From the NCBI GenBank assembly GCA_029940695.1, contig JAPYUP010000004.1:9998-73997 (forward strand): a stretch of 64,000 nucleotides of DNA. The letters are read 5' to 3'. The position numbers were made by a program, and so were the translations under genes. Shown here piece after piece: positions 9,324-19,300 of this stretch. The stretch's first letter is position 1, and each line of letters starts with the position of its first letter. The notes beneath the pieces were generated by a model. That model did not search any database. It was not told the DNA's origin and saw only the letters and a program-made list of their open reading frames with translations. This DNA is from Candidatus Thalassarchaeaceae archaeon (GTDB lineage: Archaea; Thermoplasmatota; Poseidoniia; Poseidoniales; Thalassarchaeaceae).

Positions 9324-11108
9324 TCATAGGCGGTGCCTAGCGCGTGCCAATTTACCAGGCCCGCGTGGCCACTCCCAACCAGGAGCCTCGGACCTAGCTG
9401 ACCCAATCAGCTTGCCTCCCTGAAAGACAAGGAGTTCGTCCCCTGATCTAATCGAGCAGTCTGCGGACTCTGTATTCGAGGAGAATATGTCTCCGATCCA
9501 GTCTACCCCATCCCTCAGTGAGACTCGAGCTAGTCCCCCTAGTTCATCGAGCATCGGCAGGCACGACTTCGAGAAGGAGAACCTCCCCAACCTGGGATTC
9601 CACTTTGCCAATTGGGAGCCATCCTTGTTGATGGTCAGAATGGGCGGCCTACCTATTACTGATGCCCCTTTGAGCCAAGCGTCGGAGCCATGTATGAATC
9701 TCGAAATTGACATCATGATCTCAAGACGCGCGTGGACTGGCGCACCCTTCCCCTCACTATCAATGACAGCAGACTCGACCGCGGACTCCAATCTAGAGAG
9801 TGCTTCCCCAGAGCCTGCGGAATCTCCCTGACGGGTGTCTATGATGTTGGTCCCTTCGATGTTAATTCTAATCCCGGAATGATTGATGACCACCGAATAA
9901 CCGACCCTACTGACAATTCGCCTGACCATCGATCGGATGACGTCGAGTTCGTCTGCGTCCCATTCCCCTGAGACAGGGATGTCATAGTGAGCGGCTGGCC
10001 AGAGGTCCTCCAGCTCCCGGGGGACAAGGCCCAATGGGGCAGTGACCATCGTCTCGTGAACGCATGGATTCCTTAGCACGCGCCTGAACCTAATGTGGCT
10101 CTTCGAGAGTTTGTATGGCTTCTTTGCAGAGCATGGTAGAAGCACCAAGATATCCCTCTGGTGCGATGGTGGCAGGTGTTCATCAGCAACCCTCGACCTC
10201 CAATCGAGAACCAAGGGGTCATTACGGCTCTCGTACGTATGGCACCTGAGACGTCGATTAGAACTGACTACGCTAGAGAGGACCGAGTGCGTGTTGCCAT
10301 TTTCGGTGACCATTGAATCGTGCCTGCGTAGGTGCTCCACGGAGCGGGGACTGGACATGCTCTGCCTTTCTACTAGTTCCCGTAGCGTCCCTTCCCTGAT
10401 TGCTGCTCGAGTGGATGAGATGGCTTGCACCCATGTGGTGCACTGGGCCTCCATGCCGAAATCCTCGTCCACGGTTTCCTCGATCTTTCTCGGCCCAGAT
10501 TCAGTCAGCAAAACTCCAAGCGACGAGGCGTGCCTCATTCTAGCTAGGTCGAAAAGATCCACCCCCATCCAAGCAAGCAATGCACAGTTGTCGGGACCTG
10601 AGATGCCGGGTGCCCAAATGAGTGAGGAGGGAAAGCGTATCCTGACAGTCTGTAACGCCTCTGCCAGCATCCCGGGACGCTGAGCTAACTGTGGGGCATC
10701 GATTAGGATGATGACGGACGGCTCCGAGTCCAATTCTGCTAGCGAGTCGTCATGATGCAATGAGTTCCACGATACCGGAACCACCTCTAGTCCACTTCCA
10801 AACACGCCCGAATCTGACTCAACTAGGCTTGGGGGCAGTACCAGTCCCTCTTGCGCGACCCATTGATCCTCGGAGTCAAATGGATAACAGAGGTCATCCC
10901 TAGTGCAGATGGTGATCGTAGCCGGTATGGAATCATATGACCGGGTCGATCTCAAGGGGGCAACGGAAACAGGCAGTTCTGGGTCATCGGGACCCAGAAC
11001 CAGCCCGGGAGACCAGGAGAGCGGAGCTCTCCTGTCACCCAAAGAGAACAAGCGGGCGAACCGCTGTCTTGCAATGACGTCTCGTCCAATGGGCCGTTCA
11101 GTCATCAA
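9324..11108 (-). CDS. arcS: Archaeosine synthase ArcS (TGT-like domain plus C-terminal PUA domain)
   Basis: LLPCSAKKPYKLSKSH is an exact match to the ArcS PC-x3-KPY-x2-S-x2-H motif. The C-terminal SGDELLVFQGGKLIGSARS is PUA-like. The start is TTG at 11108 or ATG at 11105. Confidence 0.8.
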   Translation of the reverse strand: MMTERPIGRDVIARQRFARLFSLGDRRAPLSWSPGLVLGPDDPELPVSVAPLRSTRSYDSIPATITICTRDDLCYPFDSEDQWVAQEGLVLPPSLVESDSGVFGSGLEVVPVSWNSLHHDDSLAELDSEPSVIILIDAPQLAQRPGMLAEALQTVRIRFPSSLIWAPGISGPDNCALLAWMGVDLFDLARMRHASSLGVLLTESGPRKIEETVDEDFGMEAQCTTWVQAISSTRAAIREGTLRELVERQSMSSPRSVEHLRRHDSMVTENGNTHSVLSSVVSSNRRLRCHTYESRNDPLVLDWRSRVADEHLPPSHQRDILVLLPCSAKKPYKLSKSHIRFRRVLRNPCVHETMVTAPLGLVPRELEDLWPAAHYDIPVSGEWDADELDVIRSMVRRIVSRVGYSVVINHSGIRINIEGTNIIDTRQGDSAGSGEALSRLESAVESAVIDSEGKGAPVHARLEIMMSISRFIHGSDAWLKGASVIGRPPILTINKDGSQLAKWNPRLGRFSFSKSCLPMLDELGGLARVSLRDGVDWIGDIFSSNTESADCSIRSGDELLVFQGGKLIGSARSEAPGWEWPRGPGKLARARHRL

Positions 11109-11136
11109 CCTTCGAGCGAAGTGTTTCGCTTGAAGG
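11109..11136. promoter_or_regulatory. Inverted repeat with 12-nt arms in the arcS / 11179 divergent intergenic region
   Basis: ccttcgagcgaa-gtgt-ttcgcttgaagg. 11 of 12 positions are complementary and the one mismatch would be a G-U pair in RNA. It directly abuts the arcS start codon. Confidence 0.3.
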
Positions 11137-11178
11137 ATTCTAAGACTTGTACGCTCTCCGGTAAATGATGAGGACGAA

Positions 11179-12321
11179 ATGATGAGGGCGGTTTACTTGG
11201 CTTCTGCGATGGTAGTCGTCATATCATTTTCCCAGATTTCCTTTTCTGAGCAATCGTCCTCAGGAAATCATTCGGTCAATGAAATCGATGATGCTCCAGA
11301 TTTTCTTTGGGGGCAAACCGAATTGGATTACAGGTGGCAACTAATCTTTGTAAGTTTTGAGATACAAGGGAATTTTTCGGGAAATGACTCAGTAGACGTC
11401 TTTGCCTTGAAAGTGAGCTCAGAAAATGGAACCAGAGTTGGAATATTGACTAACAGCACTGCAAGTTTTCAGATTCACTCGCTTAACCAATCAAATTGGG
11501 CAATTGACGATTCGATTAGTACCAAATGGACCTCGCTAAACGAGGAGTGGGTTTACTATGGTGAAATCAACCTCTCCAAGGGTTATCATGCAATCCGAAT
11601 CGAGAAACTAGGTGCTAATGAGGAGTTGATGAATTACAGTTTCAAATTGGTCGATTTGGGCCCAGTAGTTCCCAATGAAGATTCTTTTGAGGACCTGTCT
11701 AGGCTGTTTTCTAATCTCTACTTGCTCCTAGGCTTCCTGATGCTGCTTCCTTTGCTGGTTGTACTGTGGTGGAATAGGAGCCAGGTGCTCGGCCTACAGT
11801 CGGGCGCTAAGGGGATTGAGGCGCACGAGATGAGGAAGCTTCGCAGGCTCAGAGAAAGACTAGTGGAGGCCACCTCGACCGAACAATTGGACGAGCGCTT
11901 AATCGAGTCTGCGTTGAGCCAGTTGGGTGACAGCAACTGGGAAGCGGTGGTCTCGGACTGGGGAGAGCCCCTAGTGCGTCATCTAACTCGGCAAATCGAG
12001 ATTTGTGCATGGAGAATTTCTGGGGTTGGGGGAACGTTGCTGATTGGAATTCGAATAGGACCTGAGTCGTGGAATCTCGCAGCCATCCGAATCCATTCTC
12101 CTGAGGGGTCAGTGGCGGGGATAGGAGGGGTTTCCCCCAAACGTCTGTTCCAAGGTGACGAGGTCTTCCTCGACAAGCTCGCCCCTCGATCGACTACATT
12201 CCTACGTGTTACTATTACCGGGCACCCGTCGGTTATTGGGTTCCACCTTTCGGGAGTCGTAGACGGTAATCCGGTGGCAGTAGTCCCAATGAGCTCAATC
12301 AGATGGCAAGAGGAAGAATAG
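11179..12321 (+). CDS. Single-pass membrane protein with an extracellular PPC-like beta domain and a cytoplasmic domain of unknown function
   Basis: Signal-like N-terminus (AVYLASAMVVVISFSQISFS) and a central TM helix (LYLLLGFLMLLPLLVVLWW). No family was recognised. Confidence 0.5.
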   Translation: MMRAVYLASAMVVVISFSQISFSEQSSSGNHSVNEIDDAPDFLWGQTELDYRWQLIFVSFEIQGNFSGNDSVDVFALKVSSENGTRVGILTNSTASFQIHSLNQSNWAIDDSISTKWTSLNEEWVYYGEINLSKGYHAIRIEKLGANEELMNYSFKLVDLGPVVPNEDSFEDLSRLFSNLYLLLGFLMLLPLLVVLWWNRSQVLGLQSGAKGIEAHEMRKLRRLRERLVEATSTEQLDERLIESALSQLGDSNWEAVVSDWGEPLVRHLTRQIEICAWRISGVGGTLLIGIRIGPESWNLAAIRIHSPEGSVAGIGGVSPKRLFQGDEVFLDKLAPRSTTFLRVTITGHPSVIGFHLSGVVDGNPVAVVPMSSIRWQEEE

Positions 12322-12323
12322 GG

Positions 12324-13466
12324 TCATCCCCTCCGTCGAGACATGGCCTCCTTCTTGATCCGGTCCTCTAGAACGTCGAGTTCGTCCTCCATATCGTCCC
12401 TCATCTCGTTGAGCCTCTTACGCATAGTGCGAGAGGTCTTTCTGGGGACTTCCAACTTCAGGACCACGGTAACCGAACCTCTTCTGGAGTTGGCTCTGGG
12501 TCGAGGCAGTCCCCTTCCAGAGATGGTTATCGTCTCACCGGGCTTTGAACCCGAGGGGACCTTGATTCTCAAATCGTCGGCATCTATGTGCGGAATCTCG
12601 ATGGAAGTCCCCAAAGCGAGGTCGGCGTAACTCAACGGGAGTGCCATCAGAAGGTCGGAACCATCGCGCTCGAACCAAGGATGCGTCCCTACTTCCAGCT
12701 CGATGTACAAATCGCCAGTGTGTCCTCGGTTGCTGGATGCGGCCTCGCCCTGGCCTCTCATCCTCAGGCGTGTTCCGGGGCCAACCCCCGGATGCACGGA
12801 GAACTTGACTCTGATTGCCTGGTAGGCCCTGCCCTCGCCCCTGCAATCGCCACAGGGGTCAGTGACTAGTCGCCCTGATCCGCGGCAGGAAGGGCACTCC
12901 TTGCGGACCCTCTGCCTGAACGGCCCTATCATAGAAATCTCGTCTATACGTCCCCTGCCATCGCAAGAGGGACAGGGGCGTGCACCGTCATCACTGTTCG
13001 AACCCGAACCACCACAACCGGTACAATCCCTCAGGACGTCTATCTCCAGTTCGTCGTCTATGCCGTCCATCACCGCTTGGAATGGAATTGAGTGACGAAC
13101 TAGCAGGTCGGAGCCGCGCGAGCTACTGCTCGCGGAGTCGCCGAAGAACTGGCTGAAGATTGACTCAAAGCCCCCGCCGAAGAGGTCGTCGAAGTTGATA
13201 TTCACTCCTTGGAAGCCCCTAGGACCGAACGGTGATCCCCCAGGGCGGTCGTGTCCGAACATGTCGTACTTCCCCCTCTCCTCGGGATTAGAAAGAATAG
13301 TGTATGCCTCCTGGAGCTCTTTGAAATTCATCTCTGCTTCTGGATCATCTGGATTCTTGTCGGGATGGAACTTTCGGGCTAGGGACCTGAACGCCTTCTT
13401 GATATCCGAGTCTGTGGCCGCTTTACCGATGCCGAGGACTTCGTAGTAGTCACGCTTCTCAGGCAT
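12324..13466 (-). CDS. dnaJ: Chaperone DnaJ (type I: J domain, G/F region, four CxxCxGxG zinc fingers)
   Basis: MPEKRDYYEVLGI...KKAFRSLARKFHPDKNP (HPD motif), plus CTGCGGSG, CPSCDGRG, CPSCRGSG and CGDCRGEG. The ATG at 13466 gives the canonical N-terminus. The ORF-track start at 13589 adds 41 implausible residues. Confidence 0.92.
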   Translation of the reverse strand: MPEKRDYYEVLGIGKAATDSDIKKAFRSLARKFHPDKNPDDPEAEMNFKELQEAYTILSNPEERGKYDMFGHDRPGGSPFGPRGFQGVNINFDDLFGGGFESIFSQFFGDSASSSSRGSDLLVRHSIPFQAVMDGIDDELEIDVLRDCTGCGGSGSNSDDGARPCPSCDGRGRIDEISMIGPFRQRVRKECPSCRGSGRLVTDPCGDCRGEGRAYQAIRVKFSVHPGVGPGTRLRMRGQGEAASSNRGHTGDLYIELEVGTHPWFERDGSDLLMALPLSYADLALGTSIEIPHIDADDLRIKVPSGSKPGETITISGRGLPRPRANSRRGSVTVVLKLEVPRKTSRTMRKRLNEMRDDMEDELDVLEDRIKKEAMSRRRG

Positions 13467-13516
13467 CCCCTCACCATAGCAAGGCTCCTGACCGAGTCCT
13501 ATCAACCGTTCCCCGC

Positions 13517-14269
13517 TCAAGAGACGTAAGAGCCGCACGATGTGCAATAGTTGATCCCAGCGTTGTTGAACGTGCCACAGTTGTTGCAAATGATGGAGTG
13601 TTGCTGTTCGCGGTTTTCTTCAGGCACATCCCACTGGGAATTAATTTCAGGCGCTGTCTTAGCTTGAACGGCTGCGACTGGTTGGGTCGCACTCTCCTCC
13701 GAAGACGAGGAGGCTATCCTCCTAGATGCTGAGCGTTCCACGGTTTGCCCAATGAGTTCGTAGAGCCGAGAAAGGATAGGTCGGCGAGCCTCCACTTCAG
13801 GGGGAGGCTCGACATGCTGTTCCACTCCGTCTATTCGGATGGAATAGTCACCAGGACCGTCCTGTGTTGTTTCAATCTCCTTGGCCTCCTTGTTGAACGC
13901 ACCGATATTGCTCTGCATCCTCTCTCTTGCGCGTGCGGCTTTCTTTCCTTTGAAGTCGGCATAAGCCTTGGCTTCAAGCCTCTGAATAGCTGCATCTCCC
14001 TTCTCCCATAAGCCCTTGTCCTCATGACGATAGGTCTTGGAGAGTCGGCCAATCGCCTTGGATCGGTGATACTCATGATCCTCCACGAATCGGTATCTGT
14101 ACACCATCGCAACGCCGATTAGAAGAGTGGCCAGATGCAGCCCCAACTCGGCAACGGCATCGTTGGATAGCGCCTCGCTGAATGTGGGAATCGCCAACCT
14201 TACCGCGAGCAGGCAGATGTTCGGCGCTGCTATCAGGGCGAGGGATACGGCAGTGGATCGTTGCACCAT
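13517..14269 (-). CDS. Membrane protein with a C-terminal zinc ribbon
   Basis: Two N-terminal hydrophobic helices, a charged coiled region, and the C-terminus CNNCGTFNNAGINYCTSCGSYVS. I prefer the internal ATG at 14269, which avoids overlap with the divergent gene. Confidence 0.45.
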   Translation of the reverse strand: MVQRSTAVSLALIAAPNICLLAVRLAIPTFSEALSNDAVAELGLHLATLLIGVAMVYRYRFVEDHEYHRSKAIGRLSKTYRHEDKGLWEKGDAAIQRLEAKAYADFKGKKAARARERMQSNIGAFNKEAKEIETTQDGPGDYSIRIDGVEQHVEPPPEVEARRPILSRLYELIGQTVERSASRRIASSSSEESATQPVAAVQAKTAPEINSQWDVPEENREQQHSIICNNCGTFNNAGINYCTSCGSYVS

Positions 14270-14362
14270 ACGAAAGCCCCACTCGACGGCCGTTTGAATT
14301 ATTCGTGCCGCTGGGGTTACTCGCGTCGCAGCACTCTTGACCAGACAGTCGTTCGACGCCCC

Positions 14363-14875
14363 ATGGAGCCCACAATCTCGATCTCTACTGTGGTCCGCCC
14401 ACACGAGAATCCAAGGAAGGTCGAGGAGTCAATACTCGCACTGTTTCCCGATTGGAATCCAGAGTCACTACCAGACGAGCAGAGCTTTCCCCGTACGAGG
14501 GAGGAAGTCGAACTGAGTGGTTCAGCAGAATCACTTGACATCGTCCTCATGATAGTTAGGAAACAGAGGGTGTTGGATACTGCTCTCGACGCTATGACAA
14601 TGGGGCTAGTTGGTGACTCCACCACCTTCTCGCTCTCTAGGCAATCTGCCCTAGCAGGAAAGGTCTCTTTCGTGCTAAATAGCGATCTCTTGGGTGGGAC
14701 GATGCAGGTGATGATTGTGGGAGATGACTTGAGTTTGTGGCTGGAACAGCAGACTTGGCACAGTGGTCGTGACACCGTACCTAGGAGTGTCGGCGACGAA
14801 TACGCTATGTCCTCAAGGGGCTCACCCAACGAGTGGTTCGATGGAAAGGGGCGGAGAACAATGGGTGAGAACTAA
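14363..14875 (+). CDS. UPF0201 / COG1931-family putative RNA-binding protein
   Basis: ISISTVVRPHENPRKVEESILALFP..., RKQRVLDTA and TTFSLSRQSALAGKVSF follow the conserved UPF0201 pattern. The ATG at 14363 was chosen over the ORF-track start at 14261. Confidence 0.6.
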   Translation: MEPTISISTVVRPHENPRKVEESILALFPDWNPESLPDEQSFPRTREEVELSGSAESLDIVLMIVRKQRVLDTALDAMTMGLVGDSTTFSLSRQSALAGKVSFVLNSDLLGGTMQVMIVGDDLSLWLEQQTWHSGRDTVPRSVGDEYAMSSRGSPNEWFDGKGRRTMGEN

Positions 14876-15462
14876 GGGATCGTGCACAAGCACTTGGAGA
14901 CTCGTTTCACAACGCTCAGTTGCTCTGATGGGGCGATTTGCTTCCCATCAGGTAGATGGAGAAGAAAGATGGTTGGGGTCGACCCGAACGAGACCCCAGC
15001 AGCGAAGAGGGTTCTGAAGTATGTCTCGTTGCAGACGTACCCCCCTGCATCCTCGCTCCAGATGACATCGTCGTCATTGTCGAATTCATCGTCGAGCACA
15101 CAAACCGAGGCGTTGGTTTGGATGTGTTCGGGAGCATGATCGATAATCCCGCCATGTTTGACTAACCTACCCGAGTTGTCGGGAATACCCATTCTAAACT
15201 CGTTCCTGCCATACCTCTCCATTAGTATCCTTTCGCTACCAGCAGAGAGACCAAGGTGGAGAATTGCCCGGAATTCAGCGCCAGATGACAATTCTCTGGC
15301 TACTGCCTTAGAGCCGATCTCGTCCACCGTCAGAAGCATTGTTTCGGCATCTAAGCCATCAATGCCGTTGTTCGAAATTTCCTCCATTATAGATTGGGAG
15401 ATGTTTTCGGAATGAGTTGAGAAGGTGGTGAATCCAGTTACGAGGATTCGGGGTTTGGCCAT
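14872..15462 (-). CDS. pcp: Pyroglutamyl (pyrrolidone-carboxylate) peptidase I, family C15
   Basis: RILVTGFTTF N-terminus. The Glu-Cys-His triad contexts are LMERYGRN, DAGGYVCNETYF and FLLHLP. Confidence 0.85.
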   Translation of the reverse strand: MAKPRILVTGFTTFSTHSENISQSIMEEISNNGIDGLDAETMLLTVDEIGSKAVARELSSGAEFRAILHLGLSAGSERILMERYGRNEFRMGIPDNSGRLVKHGGIIDHAPEHIQTNASVCVLDDEFDNDDDVIWSEDAGGYVCNETYFRTLFAAGVSFGSTPTIFLLHLPDGKQIAPSEQLSVVKRVSKCLCTIP

Positions 15463-15532
15463 GGCGGCCCTAAGGTTCGCGTCTAGTTCGCCTTTTCTAT
15501 CGTCCGGAGGTCGTCATATTCTTCCGTTACGT

Positions 15533-15898
15533 ATGACGGCGAGCATCGTGGCTGAGGAGTACGTGGTTCAACTTGAGCCCGAAGATGAGTCGGACGTGAA
15601 TCCCTTTGGCGTGCTCTCTGTCATCTGGCACGAGTTGAGTGGGGGTGTTGGTCCTTGGGGGGCTGTCAGGCCACTTTTCGCAGTAGCCCTCTCGCTCGTT
15701 CCGCTCCTATTCCTCGGCCAACACTTCAACCGTGAGCATAGGAAGGGCGGAGAGTGGTTCTTAATCCAGTTTCCATTGATATTGTCACTCGTTCTATGGC
15801 CCGTTCTCTACTTCTGGTCAATAGCTGACGCATGGTGGGTATCGAGCGGAATAGTGGCTTCGGCCGAGACGAAGGATAATCTAGAATCCATCAGGTAG
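15533..15898 (+). CDS. Small integral membrane protein of unknown function
   Basis: Three hydrophobic segments (LFAVALSLVPLLFLG, FLIQFPLILSLVLWPVLYFW). The ATG at 15533 avoids overlap with the pcp start. Confidence 0.4.
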   Translation: MTASIVAEEYVVQLEPEDESDVNPFGVLSVIWHELSGGVGPWGAVRPLFAVALSLVPLLFLGQHFNREHRKGGEWFLIQFPLILSLVLWPVLYFWSIADAWWVSSGIVASAETKDNLESIR

Positions 15899-16378
15899 TT
15901 CTACCGGACTAAACAGGTGCCCCGGGCTAGTTGCCCGCGAGAGTTGGGCGCGGACGATGCCTTCCCATTCCCTCAAGAGAGAAATCGCATGGGAGAATGG
16001 TAGTTCTGTCTTGTTGATTGTAGTTCTCAGAATGGTATCTAAGATGTCCATCCTATCTTTGTCAACCCTGTCAAGGAGCGTTTCTAGAGGGAAGTCGGAA
16101 AGATTGGGGGTGATAGGGATGGCTTCGAGGGGCCTTGACCGGAGAATGTTTTCTGGAATCGTCTCGCGATGTAATTTGGCGAGCCCCTCAAGAGATTCAG
16201 TCAGGATTCTAAGGTATTTGGATACGACGAGCGATACTTCAATGACAGGGAGGTTGTACTGACTGGCAAAACTAACCATATTCCCCTGTAGGAAGATTAG
16301 TTTGTCCTCGACTGGTGCGTCGGACCCGGGAACCAACCTCGCTTCGTCCGCCATAGTACTTCGATTCGACCCAGACAC
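15881..16378 (-). CDS. Hypothetical soluble protein, probably co-transcribed with the upstream 1908-aa gene
   Basis: 165-aa ORF that starts 15 nt after the giant gene's stop on the same strand. It has no TM segment and no recognised motif. Confidence 0.45.
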   Translation of the reverse strand: MSGSNRSTMADEARLVPGSDAPVEDKLIFLQGNMVSFASQYNLPVIEVSLVVSKYLRILTESLEGLAKLHRETIPENILRSRPLEAIPITPNLSDFPLETLLDRVDKDRMDILDTILRTTINKTELPFSHAISLLREWEGIVRAQLSRATSPGHLFSPVELPDGF

Positions 16379-16393
16379 ATGAAATGATTGAGG

Positions 16394-19300
16394 TTATGAG
16401 GTAGTGCGGTCGTCGTACCTGATGGGAGAACCACTGTTCCCCCTAATACCGTCCAATAGGTCATCATCGATCTCAAAGAAGTCATTCAACCAATCGCCAT
16501 CTGTGTCCCAATTCATCGGATCGGTACCATCTGCAATGAGATCGCCGTCAATATCTAGGTACCACCATCCATAGGGATTCTCTCCGAGGCCGATATTGGG
16601 CAAGTGATACCTATCTCCTGCCAGTCGGTTGAATGAATCAGTCCAAGCACCATTGACGAAAATGACGTCATTGCTAGTGTTGACATTCTCGTAGTCAACA
16701 TCGTTATCATCGATGACCAAAGCGTATAATGGGTCCTGATTGTTGATTTTGTTCATTCTCAAGTAATTTGAGGACAATGAGCTGGAGCCTGAACACGTAC
16801 CCAACAGAGTCTCCCTCAGTTGCCACCATTCCTCGACGGTGTCCCCGGAGCAGTCGTACAGGGAGGAGGCGCGAACTACGGAAGGGGAAGAGAGCGTGGC
16901 GTTCACGACGGCATAGTATTCCTGGAAGTTGTTGTATGGCTCATATGCGCAGGACGAACCAGAACAGGTCCATTCACCATCCTTGTCTGCGTCCTGAACT
17001 GCGTCGGATGGGTCGGTGGCATCGTGGGTGAACCAAGTCCAACCAAGAACTGGTCGTCCTATGTACCCCTTCGAGAGATCTACGGGTTTCCAGTTGTTTG
17101 GAGTTACTTCCTGCCACTGAACTTCGATCTTATAGAATGAAGACCAATTGTCGTTAGTCTCATTCCATCCACGGTAGTGTTCGTAATAGTCTGGCATCAT
17201 GTCTCCATCTGTATCGTTGTCGAGGGGGTTGGAGCCGTACTTGAATATCTCACGGCCATCAGACAGGCTCATGTCCCTAGCATAATCAATCATGATACCA
17301 TCCTGGAAAACAGGGGACATGACGAGTGAGTCACTATCTGAGTCTGAATCGAGCGGGTTGGTGCCATTGTGGAACTCCATTAGATTGGTGAAGTATAGAG
17401 CGGAGACTCCGTTTGCAATCTGCTGATCAGGTGCGTATGCCAAGAACTCACGATCCAACCACGTCCCTTGCTCAGCGGGATTATCTCCGATCAACCTGTC
17501 GAGCCAACCGTCGGCATCGGGGTCGTAATTCACATCAAGAGGATTTATCGGGTTCAATGACCAGCGAAAGGAGTTAATCGGGAGGACCTCAGCGTAAAGA
17601 GAATAGCAGTATTCCCAACCATCAGGCATACCGTCTCTGTCAGAGTCTCCGTCCGTTGGATCGCTAATTCCAGCGAGGGTTTTGTTGAAGTTGTCCGGGT
17701 CGAACGCATTAATCAAACCCATCTTCTCTGATGAGGATAGGCTCTTCATAGAGAACTGCAGGTACAGTTGCCCCCATGCGGCCTGCATCGACAGCCCGTT
17801 CTCCTCCATTTGGGCATCAACCGCATCTACGCCATAGGACACTATTCCTGTTCCATTTGGAATGCTGCCAATGGCCAACCTCTTTCCATACCATCTGGAG
17901 TCATACTCTGCAAGATTGTCGAAGGACTCGGAATCGGAAATCTCCCCATCCCCATCGCAGTCGTAGGAATCCTCGTCGGTATCGTAGTCGGCATCGGTAT
18001 CAGTTAGGGGATTCATGGTCCAACGATTGCGCTCAAGGTCCCAGTCTGTGAACCAATACTCGTACCCATCGCTCATTCCGTCGCGATCGGTGTCAGCTTC
18101 CTTCGGATCAGTGATTCCCATTATTGAAGCCAGCAGAGGCTTGGCAGGGAATCCGTCCTGCCACTCGACGAACTGCTCCATTGCCAATTCGGCCCTGCCT
18201 TCCTTGCTGAACAGAATCCTGTAAATCCTGTTGACTGAATCGAGGTGATTCAACTGATCGGCCTCTTCCCAGAATAGTGGGGCATCGGGAGGGGAAAGGC
18301 CACCATTGACTGGGCCATTGGCAGTAAGATTCAGTTCGGTCAGATCGCGGATGCCGTCACCGTCTGAGTCGTACGACCCATCGTTTGGAACTAGTGGGTT
18401 GAGAGTCCAGACGCCATCGGTTGAGTTCCACATCGTGAAAATCAACTCGACCCCATCGAGCAATCCATCACCATCCGAATCAGGGTTATTCGGATCGGCC
18501 GTTAATCCTGTGTTGTTTCTCTGCTCGTCTGTCACGAAGGATCCGAACGACAGTGATGACTCAGCACCTATCCAAGGAGTCTCTATGAGTGCCCCGGCTG
18601 CTTCGGAGAGATAAAACTGAGGCACGGAAATGGAGGCATCGGTCTCACTCAAGAGACTATCAATTGCATTGTACTCCTCCCAATTGTTCATCCCGTCGCC
18701 GTCTGTATCGCCGAGCCTGTCATCGCTATTCACGGGATTAAGAGTCCAGTCTTGTTCAAAGAGGCTCCATCGAGCATTGAATACTTCCCATCCATCTGGC
18801 ATCCCGTCCCTGTCGGAATCGGAGCTTAGAGGGTCGGATGTGCCTATGTCGTCAGCAGGCAGACCAGCACTAAGTGTCTCGTAGTAACTCCCAATGTACT
18901 CGCCAAAGGAACCCGGCGCAAGTCCATCCCATGACTCGTGAGGCAAGATTGTGGAGAGATTGCCCGGGTAAGAATTACCTGATGAAGTACCATCCTGCAG
19001 GAGTATTTCCGACTTCAGGTGGTATTCGAGCCAATTGACTAGGGACTCACTCAAATCCATTGTCCCGTCATGATTGGCGTCGTAGCCGTCGCCGTCTGGA
19101 TTGTTCAGGAAATCGGAGCCGTTCATCGGATTAATTCCTGCATTTTCAGATGGCCAGTGGCACGAGTAGCGGGCCTCCCACCCATCTGGAAGAGAGTCGT
19201 GGTCGGAGTCCACAGAATTCGGATCGGTACTGAACCAGCTAGCAGCCGATTCCTGCGATTCGCCGTGGGTCTCGAGGCCCGAGGACTTTACACGGTCGTG

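Noticed and set aside
10093-10683. 196-aa plus-strand ORF inside arcS.
   Set aside because: It is antisense to a gene with an exact ArcS signature motif, and it has no recognisable features.
13467-13589. N-terminal extensions proposed by the ORF track for dnaJ (41 aa), gltX (4017-4070), the UPF0201 gene (14261-14362), the 13517 gene (to 14404), carS (to 42985) and the 599-aa gene (42976).
   Set aside because: The extensions overlap neighbouring genes or add residues ahead of canonical family N-termini (for example MPEKRDYYEVLG for DnaJ). In-frame ATG codons give the expected starts.
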